Below, piece after piece: positions 16,358-25,643 of a DNA stretch of 64,000 nucleotides (positions are counted from its first letter, which is position 1; each line of letters starts with the position of its first letter). The stretch comes from Candidatus Iainarchaeum sp. (GTDB lineage: Archaea; Iainarchaeota; Iainarchaeia; Iainarchaeales; JAXPJC01). A program made the translations under genes and the position numbers. The stretch spans positions 32,001 through 96,000 of the forward strand of contig JACPJC010000005.1 of the NCBI GenBank assembly GCA_016187745.1, read 5' to 3'. The notes under the pieces are model-generated. The model was not told where the DNA came from, ran no database searches, and worked only from the letters and a program-made list of their open reading frames with translations.

Positions 16358-18151
16358 ATGCCAAAGCAGAAAGAGCGCAGGATACGCATTGCGGTAATCG
16401 ACTATGACAAGTGCAAGCCCGAGCTGTGCAGCTACTTGTGCCAGAAATCCTGCCCCGGGGTTAGGATGGGCCAGGACACGGTTTTGATAAATGAGCTTAC
16501 AAAAAAGCCGGTAATTTCGGAGGAACTCTGCACTGGCTGCGAAATCTGCCTGCACCGCTGCCCCACAAAGGCAATAACAATAATCAACCTCGCAACAGAG
16601 CTTGCAAATCCCCTTCACCAATACGGGGAAAATTCCTTCAGGCTCTACCGCCTGCCGCTTCCGAAGGAAAATTCAATTGTCGGAATCATAGGGAAGAACG
16701 CAGTAGGAAAATCCACAGCGCTCAATATAATTTCTGGGCTGCTGGTTCCAAATTTGGGCAATTACAGGAGCGCTTCCCAAAATTATGACGCTGCAATTGC
16801 GCAGTTCAAGGGCAATGAGCTGCAGGGCTTTTTCCAGAAACTGAAATCAAGTGGCATAAAAATTTCCAACAAGCCGCAGAACATAACTGAAATCCAGAAG
16901 ATTGCAGAGGGGAAAGTCCAGGATTTGCTGAAAAAGGCGGACGGGAGAAATGCGCTTCACGAAATAATTGAGCAGATGAATCTGCATCCGCTATTGCAGC
17001 GCAATCTCTCAGAGCTTTCAGGGGGGGAGCTCCAAAAGGTCGCAATTGCGGCATGCGCACTGAAGCTTGCCGACATATACGCATTTGATGAGCCCACCTC
17101 CTATTTGGATGTTTCAGAGCGCCTCAAAATGGCAGTTTTATTGCGCTCACTGGCGGAGCAGGGAAAAAGCATTATTGTAATCGAACACGACCTTGCAGTT
17201 CTGGATTATCTGAGCGATTATGTGCACATCCTTTATGGAAGCCCCGGCGCATATGGAATTGCCTCAAACCCCAAATCCTCAAAGGAAGGGATAAATGAAT
17301 TCCTGCAGGGCTTTATTGCAGATGAGAACATCCGCTTCAGGGAAAAGGAACTGCACTTTGATGTGAAGCCCGCATCAAAGGGGCGCAAAAGCAAAATTAT
17401 TGCAGAATATCCCGCGCTTGACAAGAAATTCCAAAATTTCTCCCTTTCCGCAGAATCCGGCAATCTCTATGAGGGGGAAGTAATTGGGATTTTAGGCGCA
17501 AATGCAACAGGCAAAACAACCTTTGTGAAAATGCTCGCAGGCCTGCTCCAAGCGGACAACTGCCAAATAAATTTAAAATTGAAGGTTTCCTACAAGCCAC
17601 AGTATCTGCAGGCGGAGCAGGGAATTAGTGTGGGGGAGGCATTTGAAAAGGCGCAAATAGATGCGCGGATATTTGAAAGCGAGATTGACAAGAAACTTAA
17701 CATAAGTGCGCTTTATGACAAGAAGCTCCCGGAACTTTCAGGGGGAGAACTGCAAAAAGTTGCTGTTTCACTCTGCTTGTCTAGAAATGACGCTGATTTA
17801 TTCCTTCTTGATGAGCCAAGCGCATTCATTGATGTTGAGGACCGCCTGAAAATTGCGGATGTCATAAAAAGTGTTGTTGACAAGAACGACAAGATTGCAA
17901 TGGTTGTAGACCATGACATCATCTTCCAGGATTACATTTCAAACCGCCTTGTTGTATTTTCCGGAATTCCCGGAAACAACGGAAATGCCTCCCCCCCGAT
18001 GAGCATGCATGAGGGCATGAATGCATTCCTGAAAGGCCTTGGAATTACCTTCAGGCGCGACCCCGCAACAGGAAGGCCGCGCGCAAACAAGCCGGATTCA
18101 GTGAAGGACGCGGAGCAGAAAAAGAAAGGTGAATACTATTATACATTCTAA
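16358..18151 (+). CDS. ABCE1/RLI ribosome recycling ATPase
   Basis: N-terminal Fe-S cysteines, two ABC domains (LSGGELQ twice), FRRDPATGRPRANK; start at MPKQKERR. Confidence 0.97.
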   Translation: MPKQKERRIRIAVIDYDKCKPELCSYLCQKSCPGVRMGQDTVLINELTKKPVISEELCTGCEICLHRCPTKAITIINLATELANPLHQYGENSFRLYRLPLPKENSIVGIIGKNAVGKSTALNIISGLLVPNLGNYRSASQNYDAAIAQFKGNELQGFFQKLKSSGIKISNKPQNITEIQKIAEGKVQDLLKKADGRNALHEIIEQMNLHPLLQRNLSELSGGELQKVAIAACALKLADIYAFDEPTSYLDVSERLKMAVLLRSLAEQGKSIIVIEHDLAVLDYLSDYVHILYGSPGAYGIASNPKSSKEGINEFLQGFIADENIRFREKELHFDVKPASKGRKSKIIAEYPALDKKFQNFSLSAESGNLYEGEVIGILGANATGKTTFVKMLAGLLQADNCQINLKLKVSYKPQYLQAEQGISVGEAFEKAQIDARIFESEIDKKLNISALYDKKLPELSGGELQKVAVSLCLSRNDADLFLLDEPSAFIDVEDRLKIADVIKSVVDKNDKIAMVVDHDIIFQDYISNRLVVFSGIPGNNGNASPPMSMHEGMNAFLKGLGITFRRDPATGRPRANKPDSVKDAEQKKKGEYYYTF

Positions 18152-18160
18152 ATGAAAAAT

Positions 18161-18526
18161 TTAGCCGCGGTATTGTTGTGATATTTGTTTGGCGTCTAGG
18201 TAGATTTTATTTCTGAATCCTACTAATTCTCCCAGCCTTGTTAATTGTTCCTCATCCAGGGGTTTATGCTCCTTTAAAATTGCTTTAAGAAGAGGTATAC
18301 CGTGAGCCTTTCTTTCAGCCCCCGCATACATTTGGCTATTTTTCCCGACTAACTCCCCAAAACGTTGCAATTCCGGAGGTTCTAGGTATCCACGCCCATC
18401 TTGAACCGCAAATAAGGCATTAAGGTTTATTTGCTCTTCTCTAGTTCTTACAACGGCTTTTGGTACTTCATGGCTTCGCTTTTTCCACTTCAGCAGCCAC
18501 CCCCTAACGGCCCCTATATTTGCCAT
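18161..18526 (-). CDS. Hypothetical protein with two copies of a ~30 aa helical repeat
   Basis: GYLEPPELQRFGELVGKNSQMY and KPLDEEQLTRLGELVGFRNKIY; SD-like gaggt upstream. Confidence 0.65.
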   Translation of the reverse strand: MANIGAVRGWLLKWKKRSHEVPKAVVRTREEQINLNALFAVQDGRGYLEPPELQRFGELVGKNSQMYAGAERKAHGIPLLKAILKEHKPLDEEQLTRLGELVGFRNKIYLDAKQISQQYRG

Positions 18527-18562
18527 ATAATAACCTCATTTCCGAGCAAGTTTTAAACCAAA

Positions 18563-18651
18563 CGAATTTCACTGGTTTTAACCGGTGGCGTGAGTGTAAT
18601 TCCCAACTATCAAAAACCATATGCCGCTGACTTCAGTCAGTGGTGATTGAC
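18563..18651 (-). mobile_element. ~90 bp non-autonomous IS200/IS605-like palindromic element (PATE/MITE-like remnant)
   Basis: Minus strand begins GTCAATCACCACTGACTGAAGTCAGCGGC and ends CACGCCACCGGTTAAAACCAGTGAAATTCG, two imperfect hairpins with TGAA and TAAA loops. Confidence 0.55.
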
Positions 18652-18864
18652 TCATACAGGCCTGGGCCCGGATTTGCGGATTGTTCTTTGCATTTTTTTA
18701 TATTTTAGTGCTTTTATTAAAACATTTCTGTAGGCCCTACTTCCCCTTCCAAGCAAAGACCTAAGGTCCCTCCATTGCTCTTTTTCCAAATAACCTTGAA
18801 TTCTGAATGCCCTCAACAGCATATTGCGCAATAATTGTTGTTCTTTAGTCAGAGCCATCATCAT
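18652..18864 (-). CDS. Hypothetical 70 aa protein, paralogous to 18161-18526
   Basis: GYLEKEQWRDLRSLLGRGSRAY; ATGA overlap with the upstream apgM-like stop. Confidence 0.6.
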   Translation of the reverse strand: MMMALTKEQQLLRNMLLRAFRIQGYLEKEQWRDLRSLLGRGSRAYRNVLIKALKYKKMQRTIRKSGPRPV

Positions 18865-19952
18865 ACCCTTGAAAGTTTCGTAACCAGTCTCATCAAATCC
18901 TTCCCGTAAATGCGCCCAATGCTGCCCCCTGCGCATGCGCTTTCCGAAAATTCCCCAATCCCATCGCCTCTAATCCCTGCTCCGCTGATCAATACTGGAA
19001 CAGGGTCCGCGGAATGGCGCTTCAGCGCGCAGGGAGTTGAATGGTCCGCAGTAATGCAAATCAGCGCATTTTTCTCCTTCACAAGCGGAGCAAGCATTCT
19101 ATCAATTTTCTCAATCGCCTTTTTCTTTGCAAGCGCATCCCCATTATGCCCGAGCTTGGCAGGCCCCTTTATCTGCACATAAATATTTGTTCTGCAATTC
19201 ACTATCTGCCTGACTTCATCCCTGCCGCGCCTTATTACTTTCATCCCCAGAAACTTTCCCAGTCCGATTTCAACAGGCATATCCGCAATAATGCCCCAAT
19301 TATGCATTTTTTTCACATTCCCCGGCTTTTTCCCCGCATCCCTCAGGAGAATAGTCCCGTTATGCATAATCCTCTCTGCATTTGCAATGAATTTGTTTAT
19401 CCTTTTGCAGGTTTTTATCTCCCCCCTGCAAATCCTCTCTATCTTTGTCCGTGTAACCGCGCGCGAAATGCTCCCGTATTTCTCATATCCCGGATGCGTG
19501 TTTGAAACATCCTCAGAGGCGTTTTTCACAATCATAACCGCGCGGTAATCAATTGTCGGGATTATCCTTATTTCAGGGTCAATCATGTTCAGCCTTTCAA
19601 TAATTCCCCTTGGCGGGATTTTCATCCTCACATCAATAATTTTTTTTCCCCTGACCTTTGCAAAATTGCACCTTATTGCGATTTCCCCCCTCTTCAATTT
19701 ATATCCGATTCCAAGCGCTTCCAGGGGCCCGCGCCTCGGGCAGGAATTCAAATCATATCCTAGAATCGCATACTGCGCCGCCCCTGATTCAGGCGCAATC
19801 CCTTTTATCGGCTGCATTATTCCAAGTTTTGCGCGGGATGCAAGCGCATTCAGATTCGGCTTTCCCGCAGCCCCAAGCGGGGTTTTGTTCCCCAATTCCG
19901 CAATTGGCAGATCCCCTATCCCGTCAAGTATTATCAGGATAATTTTTTTCAT
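18861..19952 (-). CDS. apgM: Cofactor-independent phosphoglycerate mutase, archaeal ApgM family
   Basis: ILDGIGD, KTPL, RGPLEALG, TADHSTP, HSADPVP; one metal-ligand Asp appears substituted. Confidence 0.82.
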   Translation of the reverse strand: MKKIILIILDGIGDLPIAELGNKTPLGAAGKPNLNALASRAKLGIMQPIKGIAPESGAAQYAILGYDLNSCPRRGPLEALGIGYKLKRGEIAIRCNFAKVRGKKIIDVRMKIPPRGIIERLNMIDPEIRIIPTIDYRAVMIVKNASEDVSNTHPGYEKYGSISRAVTRTKIERICRGEIKTCKRINKFIANAERIMHNGTILLRDAGKKPGNVKKMHNWGIIADMPVEIGLGKFLGMKVIRRGRDEVRQIVNCRTNIYVQIKGPAKLGHNGDALAKKKAIEKIDRMLAPLVKEKNALICITADHSTPCALKRHSADPVPVLISGAGIRGDGIGEFSESACAGGSIGRIYGKDLMRLVTKLSRV

Positions 19953-20317
19953 TCCACCACTTCAACCTTTTCCCCTTTCCCTTTTACATTAAATGCCCTT
20001 GTGCTATTTAAATTATAGGGGTGCGCCATGATGATGTGCAATTCCCCGAACTGCGCAAAGCTTGAAATATCCGCGGAAGACGGAAAATTATAATTCCCGG
20101 GGTGGGAATGCGCGCTCCCCGCAATCCTTGAATCAAACGGGACCAGCCAGGTTTTTATGAGCGTTGAAGTTCTCCCATATTCCGCAGGCACAACAATAAT
20201 TTCATCAATGATTTTTTCCCTTTTATTTCCCCCGAGAAGCGCGAAGAACTCATCCGGATATGCATTCCTTGCGGCCTCAAGCAAATCCATCAGAACAGCC
20301 CTTTTTATGCGCCACAT
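19949..20317 (-). CDS. JAMM/MPN+ metalloprotease
   Basis: YPDEF and GSAHSHPGNYNFPSSAD. Confidence 0.92.
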   Translation of the reverse strand: MWRIKRAVLMDLLEAARNAYPDEFFALLGGNKREKIIDEIIVVPAEYGRTSTLIKTWLVPFDSRIAGSAHSHPGNYNFPSSADISSFAQFGELHIIMAHPYNLNSTRAFNVKGKGEKVEVVE

Positions 20318-20332
20318 GCCAATAACTATAAT

Positions 20333-21520
20333 TCACAAACCCAGATAAAACAGCATTGTAGGCAGCATCAGAAATGCCATTGCGTTTGTGCGCTTTGTCC
20401 CTGTTGCAATCGGTATCAGCCCAATGCTAGTTGCAATTGCGCATATGAACAGCCCAAAAGGCCCGGAAAGCAGCAATACCAGAACGAGCAGTACAGCAAG
20501 GACAATCGCATTAAGCGCCTTGTAATTCAGGTTCTGCACTCCATTTACAAGCGCCTTCGCAAGAATGCCTGTTGCCAAAAAGGCAATTCCTGCAACAAAA
20601 ACGCACACAAGCGCAATAATTATTATTTGTTCAGCCTGCAGATTGATGATTTGCGCAATTGCCGCAGCGCTTCCGGTTCGGGTTTTTCCAAGCGCAAACA
20701 GCACAAAAAAGCCGAATATCATATTGCTTGTTGAAATTCCCCCGAGCATCACAAGATATTTGGAAGTGCTGATTTTCCCAAGCAGCTTGCGCAGAATGAA
20801 TGCGGCCTCATTCGGCCCTATGCTTGGCAGCAAAGCCACAAGGCCTCCCGCAACAGCGCTAAGGAAACTCCCGTGCAGGACCATTTTTTTGCTGTAGTTT
20901 GAGGATTCAATCACCTGTCTTGGAATAGTGGAATTGTTTTTCAGGCTGAAAAGAAGGTTGCTGATTCCGAAAAAGCCCGTAATCAGCGGAAAGAGCGCAT
21001 TGCCCATTGAAAAATTGCGCAAAATATACAGGCCCATGATTCCCGAAAGCGCAATTACAGCAAGCGCCCAGAGTTTTTTGCAAATGTTTTTTTCCGAATG
21101 CACCATCAGGATAAGCACAAGCCCCAGCAGATAGGGGATTGCAATTGTTATCAACGGAATGAATTTTGCAATGAAAACCAGGAACAGCGGGGCAAGCAAA
21201 AGCGCAAAAATTGCCCCGAAAAAGCATCCGAGCGAAGTCAGCTTTATCGCCTTGTATCCCAGGCCTTTAAGCAGCATCCTGTGCCCTGGAAGCACTGAAA
21301 GGAAGGAATTCTCATCAGGCGCCCCGAGAAGGATTCCTGTAACAAAATCCACAAAGCTGTGCATTACGCTCATCGCAACAATCAGCAGCACCAAATTGAA
21401 ATCCCCCAAGGCCGCAAAAAGCAAGAGAACCGCAGAAACAGTATTTATGTGAATTCCCGGCGCAATTCCCGTGAATATCCCTATAATGCATCCGGCAAGG
21501 ACATAAAGCAATTCAATCAT
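20333..21520 (-). CDS. TctA-like (DUF112) membrane protein
   Basis: TGIAPGIHIN and LLGAPDENSFLSVLPGHRMLLKG; many TM helices. Confidence 0.88.
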   Translation of the reverse strand: MIELLYVLAGCIIGIFTGIAPGIHINTVSAVLLLFAALGDFNLVLLIVAMSVMHSFVDFVTGILLGAPDENSFLSVLPGHRMLLKGLGYKAIKLTSLGCFFGAIFALLLAPLFLVFIAKFIPLITIAIPYLLGLVLILMVHSEKNICKKLWALAVIALSGIMGLYILRNFSMGNALFPLITGFFGISNLLFSLKNNSTIPRQVIESSNYSKKMVLHGSFLSAVAGGLVALLPSIGPNEAAFILRKLLGKISTSKYLVMLGGISTSNMIFGFFVLFALGKTRTGSAAAIAQIINLQAEQIIIIALVCVFVAGIAFLATGILAKALVNGVQNLNYKALNAIVLAVLLVLVLLLSGPFGLFICAIATSIGLIPIATGTKRTNAMAFLMLPTMLFYLGL

Positions 21521-21908
21521 TTTCCGCAGCTTCCAGCTTCTGCTCAATCAATGCAATCTTTTCAATGATTATTTCAGGATTTCCCTGATACTGCCTTACG
21601 CTTCCGACAACCCTCACAAAATTTCCCTTTTTTGCAATGCGCCTTTCCTCATCGCCTGGATTGAACTTTACTGCGCTGATTTTATTGCCATCATAGAGCT
21701 GGAGCATAAGCGCGTTTTTTGCTGTGTAAGCACTTAGAATTTTCGCATTAATGCCCGCCTTCTGCATTGCCCGCCCCTGCAGTATGCCCGAAATGCTGGT
21801 CTCTGTTGGCTTCTGCTGCTCAAGGGCAAAAACTACCAGCAGCAATCCCAATACGGATGCGATTAAGGCAATTTTTGCAATATTCCCGTCGCTGAGCTCA
21901 AAAGCCAT
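21513..21908 (-). CDS. Membrane-anchored OB-fold protein
   Basis: N-terminal TM; KGNFVRVVGSVRQYQGNPEIIIEKI. Confidence 0.75.
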   Translation of the reverse strand: MAFELSDGNIAKIALIASVLGLLLVVFALEQQKPTETSISGILQGRAMQKAGINAKILSAYTAKNALMLQLYDGNKISAVKFNPGDEERRIAKKGNFVRVVGSVRQYQGNPEIIIEKIALIEQKLEAAEND

Positions 21909-22011
21909 ATGAAATTAGCGCATGGAAAGGGTTATAAGTATATTCGTCAATCGCCGATAAATATAAAAACCTTTTTAAATAGAATATACCTATAGATTAA
22001 GAGGTGAAAAG

Positions 22012-22380
22012 ATGCCAAAAAGAATACCGAATTACTTTGAGATTCTGATTACGCCAAACCCGCCATTTACAAAAAAGATTCAGGGAATAGGCTTCAGGCC
22101 ATTTATAGTTGAGAATTCCACTAAATTTGATTTGCATACCCTTCCAATAAACCAGCCGGATGGAAGCGTTTTCATCCAGGTATGGGGAACAGAAAGCAGC
22201 ACCGAGGGCTTTATGCAGTTTTTAAGAGACAACAAACCGCAGAAAAATGCGGATTACAGGGTTGATTTAATCTCAAAATCATACAGAACGCAGAATCAAT
22301 TCAAAGTCCTGTATTTCATAGACGCCCTGACTCTCGGGCAGATAAAAAGAGGGGTTGACTTTGCCATCAATATGAGATGA
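22012..22380 (+). CDS. Acylphosphatase-like protein
   Basis: IQGIGFRPFI and NQPDGSV motifs. Confidence 0.7.
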   Translation: MPKRIPNYFEILITPNPPFTKKIQGIGFRPFIVENSTKFDLHTLPINQPDGSVFIQVWGTESSTEGFMQFLRDNKPQKNADYRVDLISKSYRTQNQFKVLYFIDALTLGQIKRGVDFAINMR

Positions 22381-22399
22381 TGGCATACCTGATGCAATT

Positions 22400-23527
22400 T
22401 CATAGCAGCACCAAATTCCAGAGAATATCCCCCACAATGCTCAAAACAATGAACGCAATCAATATTGCGGGCACAAATGGAACGCTCATCTTTATGCAGA
22501 TTTCATCCTTCAGTTTTTTTTGCCTTACCAGTTTTTTAAGTTCCGCAATCTCCTCTTCGGAAACTCCGCCCGCGCGCCTTGCGCTTGCAATTATTTTCCC
22601 CTTTATGCGCATCCTTTCCGAAAGCGCGCGCATGTTCATTCCTCTGAAATAATCCCACAGCTCCCCGAAGCCGAGCGGCTTCACCCTGATTATTTTCCCG
22701 TTTCTGCTTACAATATTTTCCGCAACAATCATCCCTTCCTCCAGCGCGGTTATTTTCATCCTTTTTCTCATTGCCTCATCCCTTCCGACAACATAGAGTT
22801 TCAGCAGCAGATAGATTGCCGCAACAACCGCAAACAACACCAAAAAATCAAATGCAAGCGCATAAGCATCAAAGAACAGCGCAATTGCAATCAAAACGGC
22901 ATCAAGAGCCATCCTGATTAATTTTGGCAGCAATGCCATAACAATCAATGCAATCAGCACCAAATACGCATTCCACTTCAGTTGGATGAATATTGCATTC
23001 AGCGCACCGACCGCAATTGCAAACTCCGCAATATGCAGAAGTCTCCCCTTAATTTCAGGCATAATTATTTTTCTCAATTCCGCATTTTTCCTAATTCCGT
23101 TAATGCTCAACGCCAATCCGTAAGGAAGCATCGCAAGAACGCTGAAAACAAAAAGCGTCAATGGGAAAAGTGGAAGAGCAATTGTTTCCAACAGCGGGGC
23201 GCTTATTCCGAGCGCGCTCCCCAAAAACGCGTAATTAATGGGATTAAGCGCTGCAATTGCAGTGAATAATTTCACATCCCCGCCCGCCCAGACCCCGAAA
23301 TGATAGAGCGCATATGCAAAAACAAAAGTCGCAATTACCGCAAAAACCGTCTCATAAAACACCAGCATCTGCGCATTTGCAAGCGCATCCGCAAAATGCA
23401 GCGCAATTCCTATTGCAATCAGCCCGAAAGTGAGCCTGTTTGCAACAATGCGCTCCCTGAAATCAGTGTAAGTCGCATAGCCCAATCCGAAAACACTCAG
23501 CAGGAAATATGCAATTGAAAAATACAT
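22400..23527 (-). CDS. Prepilin/prearchaellin peptidase (A24, PibD/FlaK/EppA-like)
   Basis: TDFRERIVAN, WAGGDVKLF and PFVPAILIAF. Confidence 0.92.
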   Translation of the reverse strand: MYFSIAYFLLSVFGLGYATYTDFRERIVANRLTFGLIAIGIALHFADALANAQMLVFYETVFAVIATFVFAYALYHFGVWAGGDVKLFTAIAALNPINYAFLGSALGISAPLLETIALPLFPLTLFVFSVLAMLPYGLALSINGIRKNAELRKIIMPEIKGRLLHIAEFAIAVGALNAIFIQLKWNAYLVLIALIVMALLPKLIRMALDAVLIAIALFFDAYALAFDFLVLFAVVAAIYLLLKLYVVGRDEAMRKRMKITALEEGMIVAENIVSRNGKIIRVKPLGFGELWDYFRGMNMRALSERMRIKGKIIASARRAGGVSEEEIAELKKLVRQKKLKDEICIKMSVPFVPAILIAFIVLSIVGDILWNLVLL

Positions 23528-23534
23528 TTTTTCA

Positions 23535-23684
23535 CTAGGCCTTTAGGTTTCCCTTCCACTCTTTTGCCATTTCCCTGTGAATTGCCTTTTTGCCCTGCTC
23601 AACCAGCCTTTGCTGCTGCTCCCTCAATTTCACATTGCGCTTCGCTTCGGCAATGAATTCCCTTACCGCTTCCTTTGCATCCAT
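23535..23684 (-). CDS. Small helical hypothetical protein, 49 aa
   Basis: MDAKEAVREFIAEAKRNVKLREQQQRLVEQGKKAIHREMAKEWKGNLKA fills the gap between thrS and the peptidase with 7 nt spacers on both sides. Confidence 0.6.
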   Translation of the reverse strand: MDAKEAVREFIAEAKRNVKLREQQQRLVEQGKKAIHREMAKEWKGNLKA

Positions 23685-23691
23685 GTTCTCA

Positions 23692-25596
23692 TTAATTGCT
23701 GCTTACAAATATCGGCCTCTTGCTCAAAAGCCTTGGCAGCGCAATCGGCCTGAAGGGCATTCCCTCAGTGCGCTTCTTGATTTCCTCAATCAGCTGCCCC
23801 TTTGACATCTGCTTCTGCTCATTTGTTTTTCTGATTCTTACATTCAGCGGAGCGCCATTAATTTCTTTATCCCCTATGACAATTATGTGCTGCGCCCAGT
23901 CCTTCTCAGCATCCCTTATTTTGCGCCCAATGCTTTCCACCCTGTCATCAATATCAACCCTTATATTCTGCTTTTCAATCTCATCAGCAAGCTTGTTTGC
24001 AAATTCCAGATGGCTATCAGAGACTGTTGCAATCCTCACCTGCGTAGGGCTCAGCCAGAGGGGAAGAACAGCCCTTGCGCCCTTCTGCTGCTCCATATAG
24101 GCCTTCTCGAGCAGCGCATAAATTACCCTCTCAATCGCCCCGCAGGGGGAGAAATGCAATATTAATGGGTTTTTTTGCTGGTTGTTCGCATCAGTAAATT
24201 TCAAATCAAAGTTTTTCCCATTCTCAATGTCTATCTGGTCAGTATTGAGCGCGGAGGCCTTCTCAAGCGCATCAACAAAATTCCACTCATATTTCATTGC
24301 AAAATAGAAGAACTGCCTGTCCCACATCTCAATAAGCGCGGGCTTCCCCCATTTCTTTACAAGCCCTACCACAAACTCCTTGTTCTGCTCCCAGAATTCC
24401 TTCACAACCCTTATTGCGAATTCCAGATCATTCGGAATCTCAAACCCTATCCTTTCCTGCATATTGCGCGAAACCTCAAAGCGCCTTGACATCTCATCCT
24501 TTGCCTGCTGCATGTCCGCGCACAGCGCATGGCAGTCCGGCATTGTAAAGGCACGCAATCTCCTAAGTCCTGTAAGCTCGCCGGATTGCTCCACCCTGAA
24601 GCTGTATTTTGTCATTTCAAAAATCTTAAGCGGCAGCTGCTTGTATGAAAAGTTCGCATCATGCAGCATCAGAAATTGCCCGAAACAGGCGCTGAATCTC
24701 AGGAAAACATCCTTGTTCGGGGTTTTGATCGTATACTGCCTTGCGGGAAATCTCTCCAGATATTTTTTAAGCGAGGGATGCGCATAATCATACATTATCG
24801 GGCTTTCAATTTCAACTGCGCCATATTTGTGCATCTCATCAGAAACGAACTCCTCAAGGAGCTTTTTTACCAGTTTCCCATTAGGTGGATAGCGCATGTT
24901 CCCCGGGTCCGAACCGCTTTCATAATCCGCAATCTCAAGCTGCTTCATCATTTTAACATGCGGCGGCTCCTCCTTCGCAACCCTTACCTTCGCCATCTCA
25001 TAGCTAGCAAGCTTCTCAAGGCCCTTATAATTCCCGAAATTGAATCCCGCGACTTTCCCATTCTCATTCCTTATTTCATTCAATTTCCCGTTAGGCTCGA
25101 GCACAAACCAGCCTGATTTAAGAGTTTTTTCAGCCTTTACTGCGGTTGATTCAGCCTCTTTTTTTGTTTCAGCAGTTATCTGCCTGCTCAATTCGCTTAA
25201 TGGATGCCCCTTGCATGCAATCTCAAATGCCTTGTAATAGCCGAAGGGGCTTTTTACAACCTTGTATTTCTCTTTTGCAAGCGCCTGCTCCGCAAGAGCC
25301 ATTATTTTTACAGCGGTTTCAGGCCTGCTGGGCTTTTTCCCGAAAAGCAGATGCACATAGGGATACAGGACAATATTTTTCTCCTTAAGGCTCTGCGCAA
25401 CGCCTGCAATTTCCTTCGCGAGGTTTTCCGCAGTTCCCTCGGGATTCGCATCGTCCTCCTCAGCAAAGCTCATAAAGCAGACAAGGCATTCCTTCAGCTT
25501 CGCGCTCTTCTCCTTGGGGGCCAGAGGCTCAGCAAACTTGGTTTTCTCCCCCGCCTTGTAATTCAGCTTGTCAGAGTGTATGAATAGCACGTTCAT
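23692..25596 (-). CDS. thrS: Threonyl-tRNA synthetase with archaeal editing domain
   Basis: YPYVHL, PFGYYKAF, GHPLSELSR, LRFSACFG, LRRLRAFTMPDCH. Confidence 0.97.
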   Translation of the reverse strand: MNVLFIHSDKLNYKAGEKTKFAEPLAPKEKSAKLKECLVCFMSFAEEDDANPEGTAENLAKEIAGVAQSLKEKNIVLYPYVHLLFGKKPSRPETAVKIMALAEQALAKEKYKVVKSPFGYYKAFEIACKGHPLSELSRQITAETKKEAESTAVKAEKTLKSGWFVLEPNGKLNEIRNENGKVAGFNFGNYKGLEKLASYEMAKVRVAKEEPPHVKMMKQLEIADYESGSDPGNMRYPPNGKLVKKLLEEFVSDEMHKYGAVEIESPIMYDYAHPSLKKYLERFPARQYTIKTPNKDVFLRFSACFGQFLMLHDANFSYKQLPLKIFEMTKYSFRVEQSGELTGLRRLRAFTMPDCHALCADMQQAKDEMSRRFEVSRNMQERIGFEIPNDLEFAIRVVKEFWEQNKEFVVGLVKKWGKPALIEMWDRQFFYFAMKYEWNFVDALEKASALNTDQIDIENGKNFDLKFTDANNQQKNPLILHFSPCGAIERVIYALLEKAYMEQQKGARAVLPLWLSPTQVRIATVSDSHLEFANKLADEIEKQNIRVDIDDRVESIGRKIRDAEKDWAQHIIVIGDKEINGAPLNVRIRKTNEQKQMSKGQLIEEIKKRTEGMPFRPIALPRLLSKRPIFVSSN

Positions 25597-25643
25597 TCCG
25601 CAGCACCACAAATATGATAAAGCCAAATATTTAATATATTATC

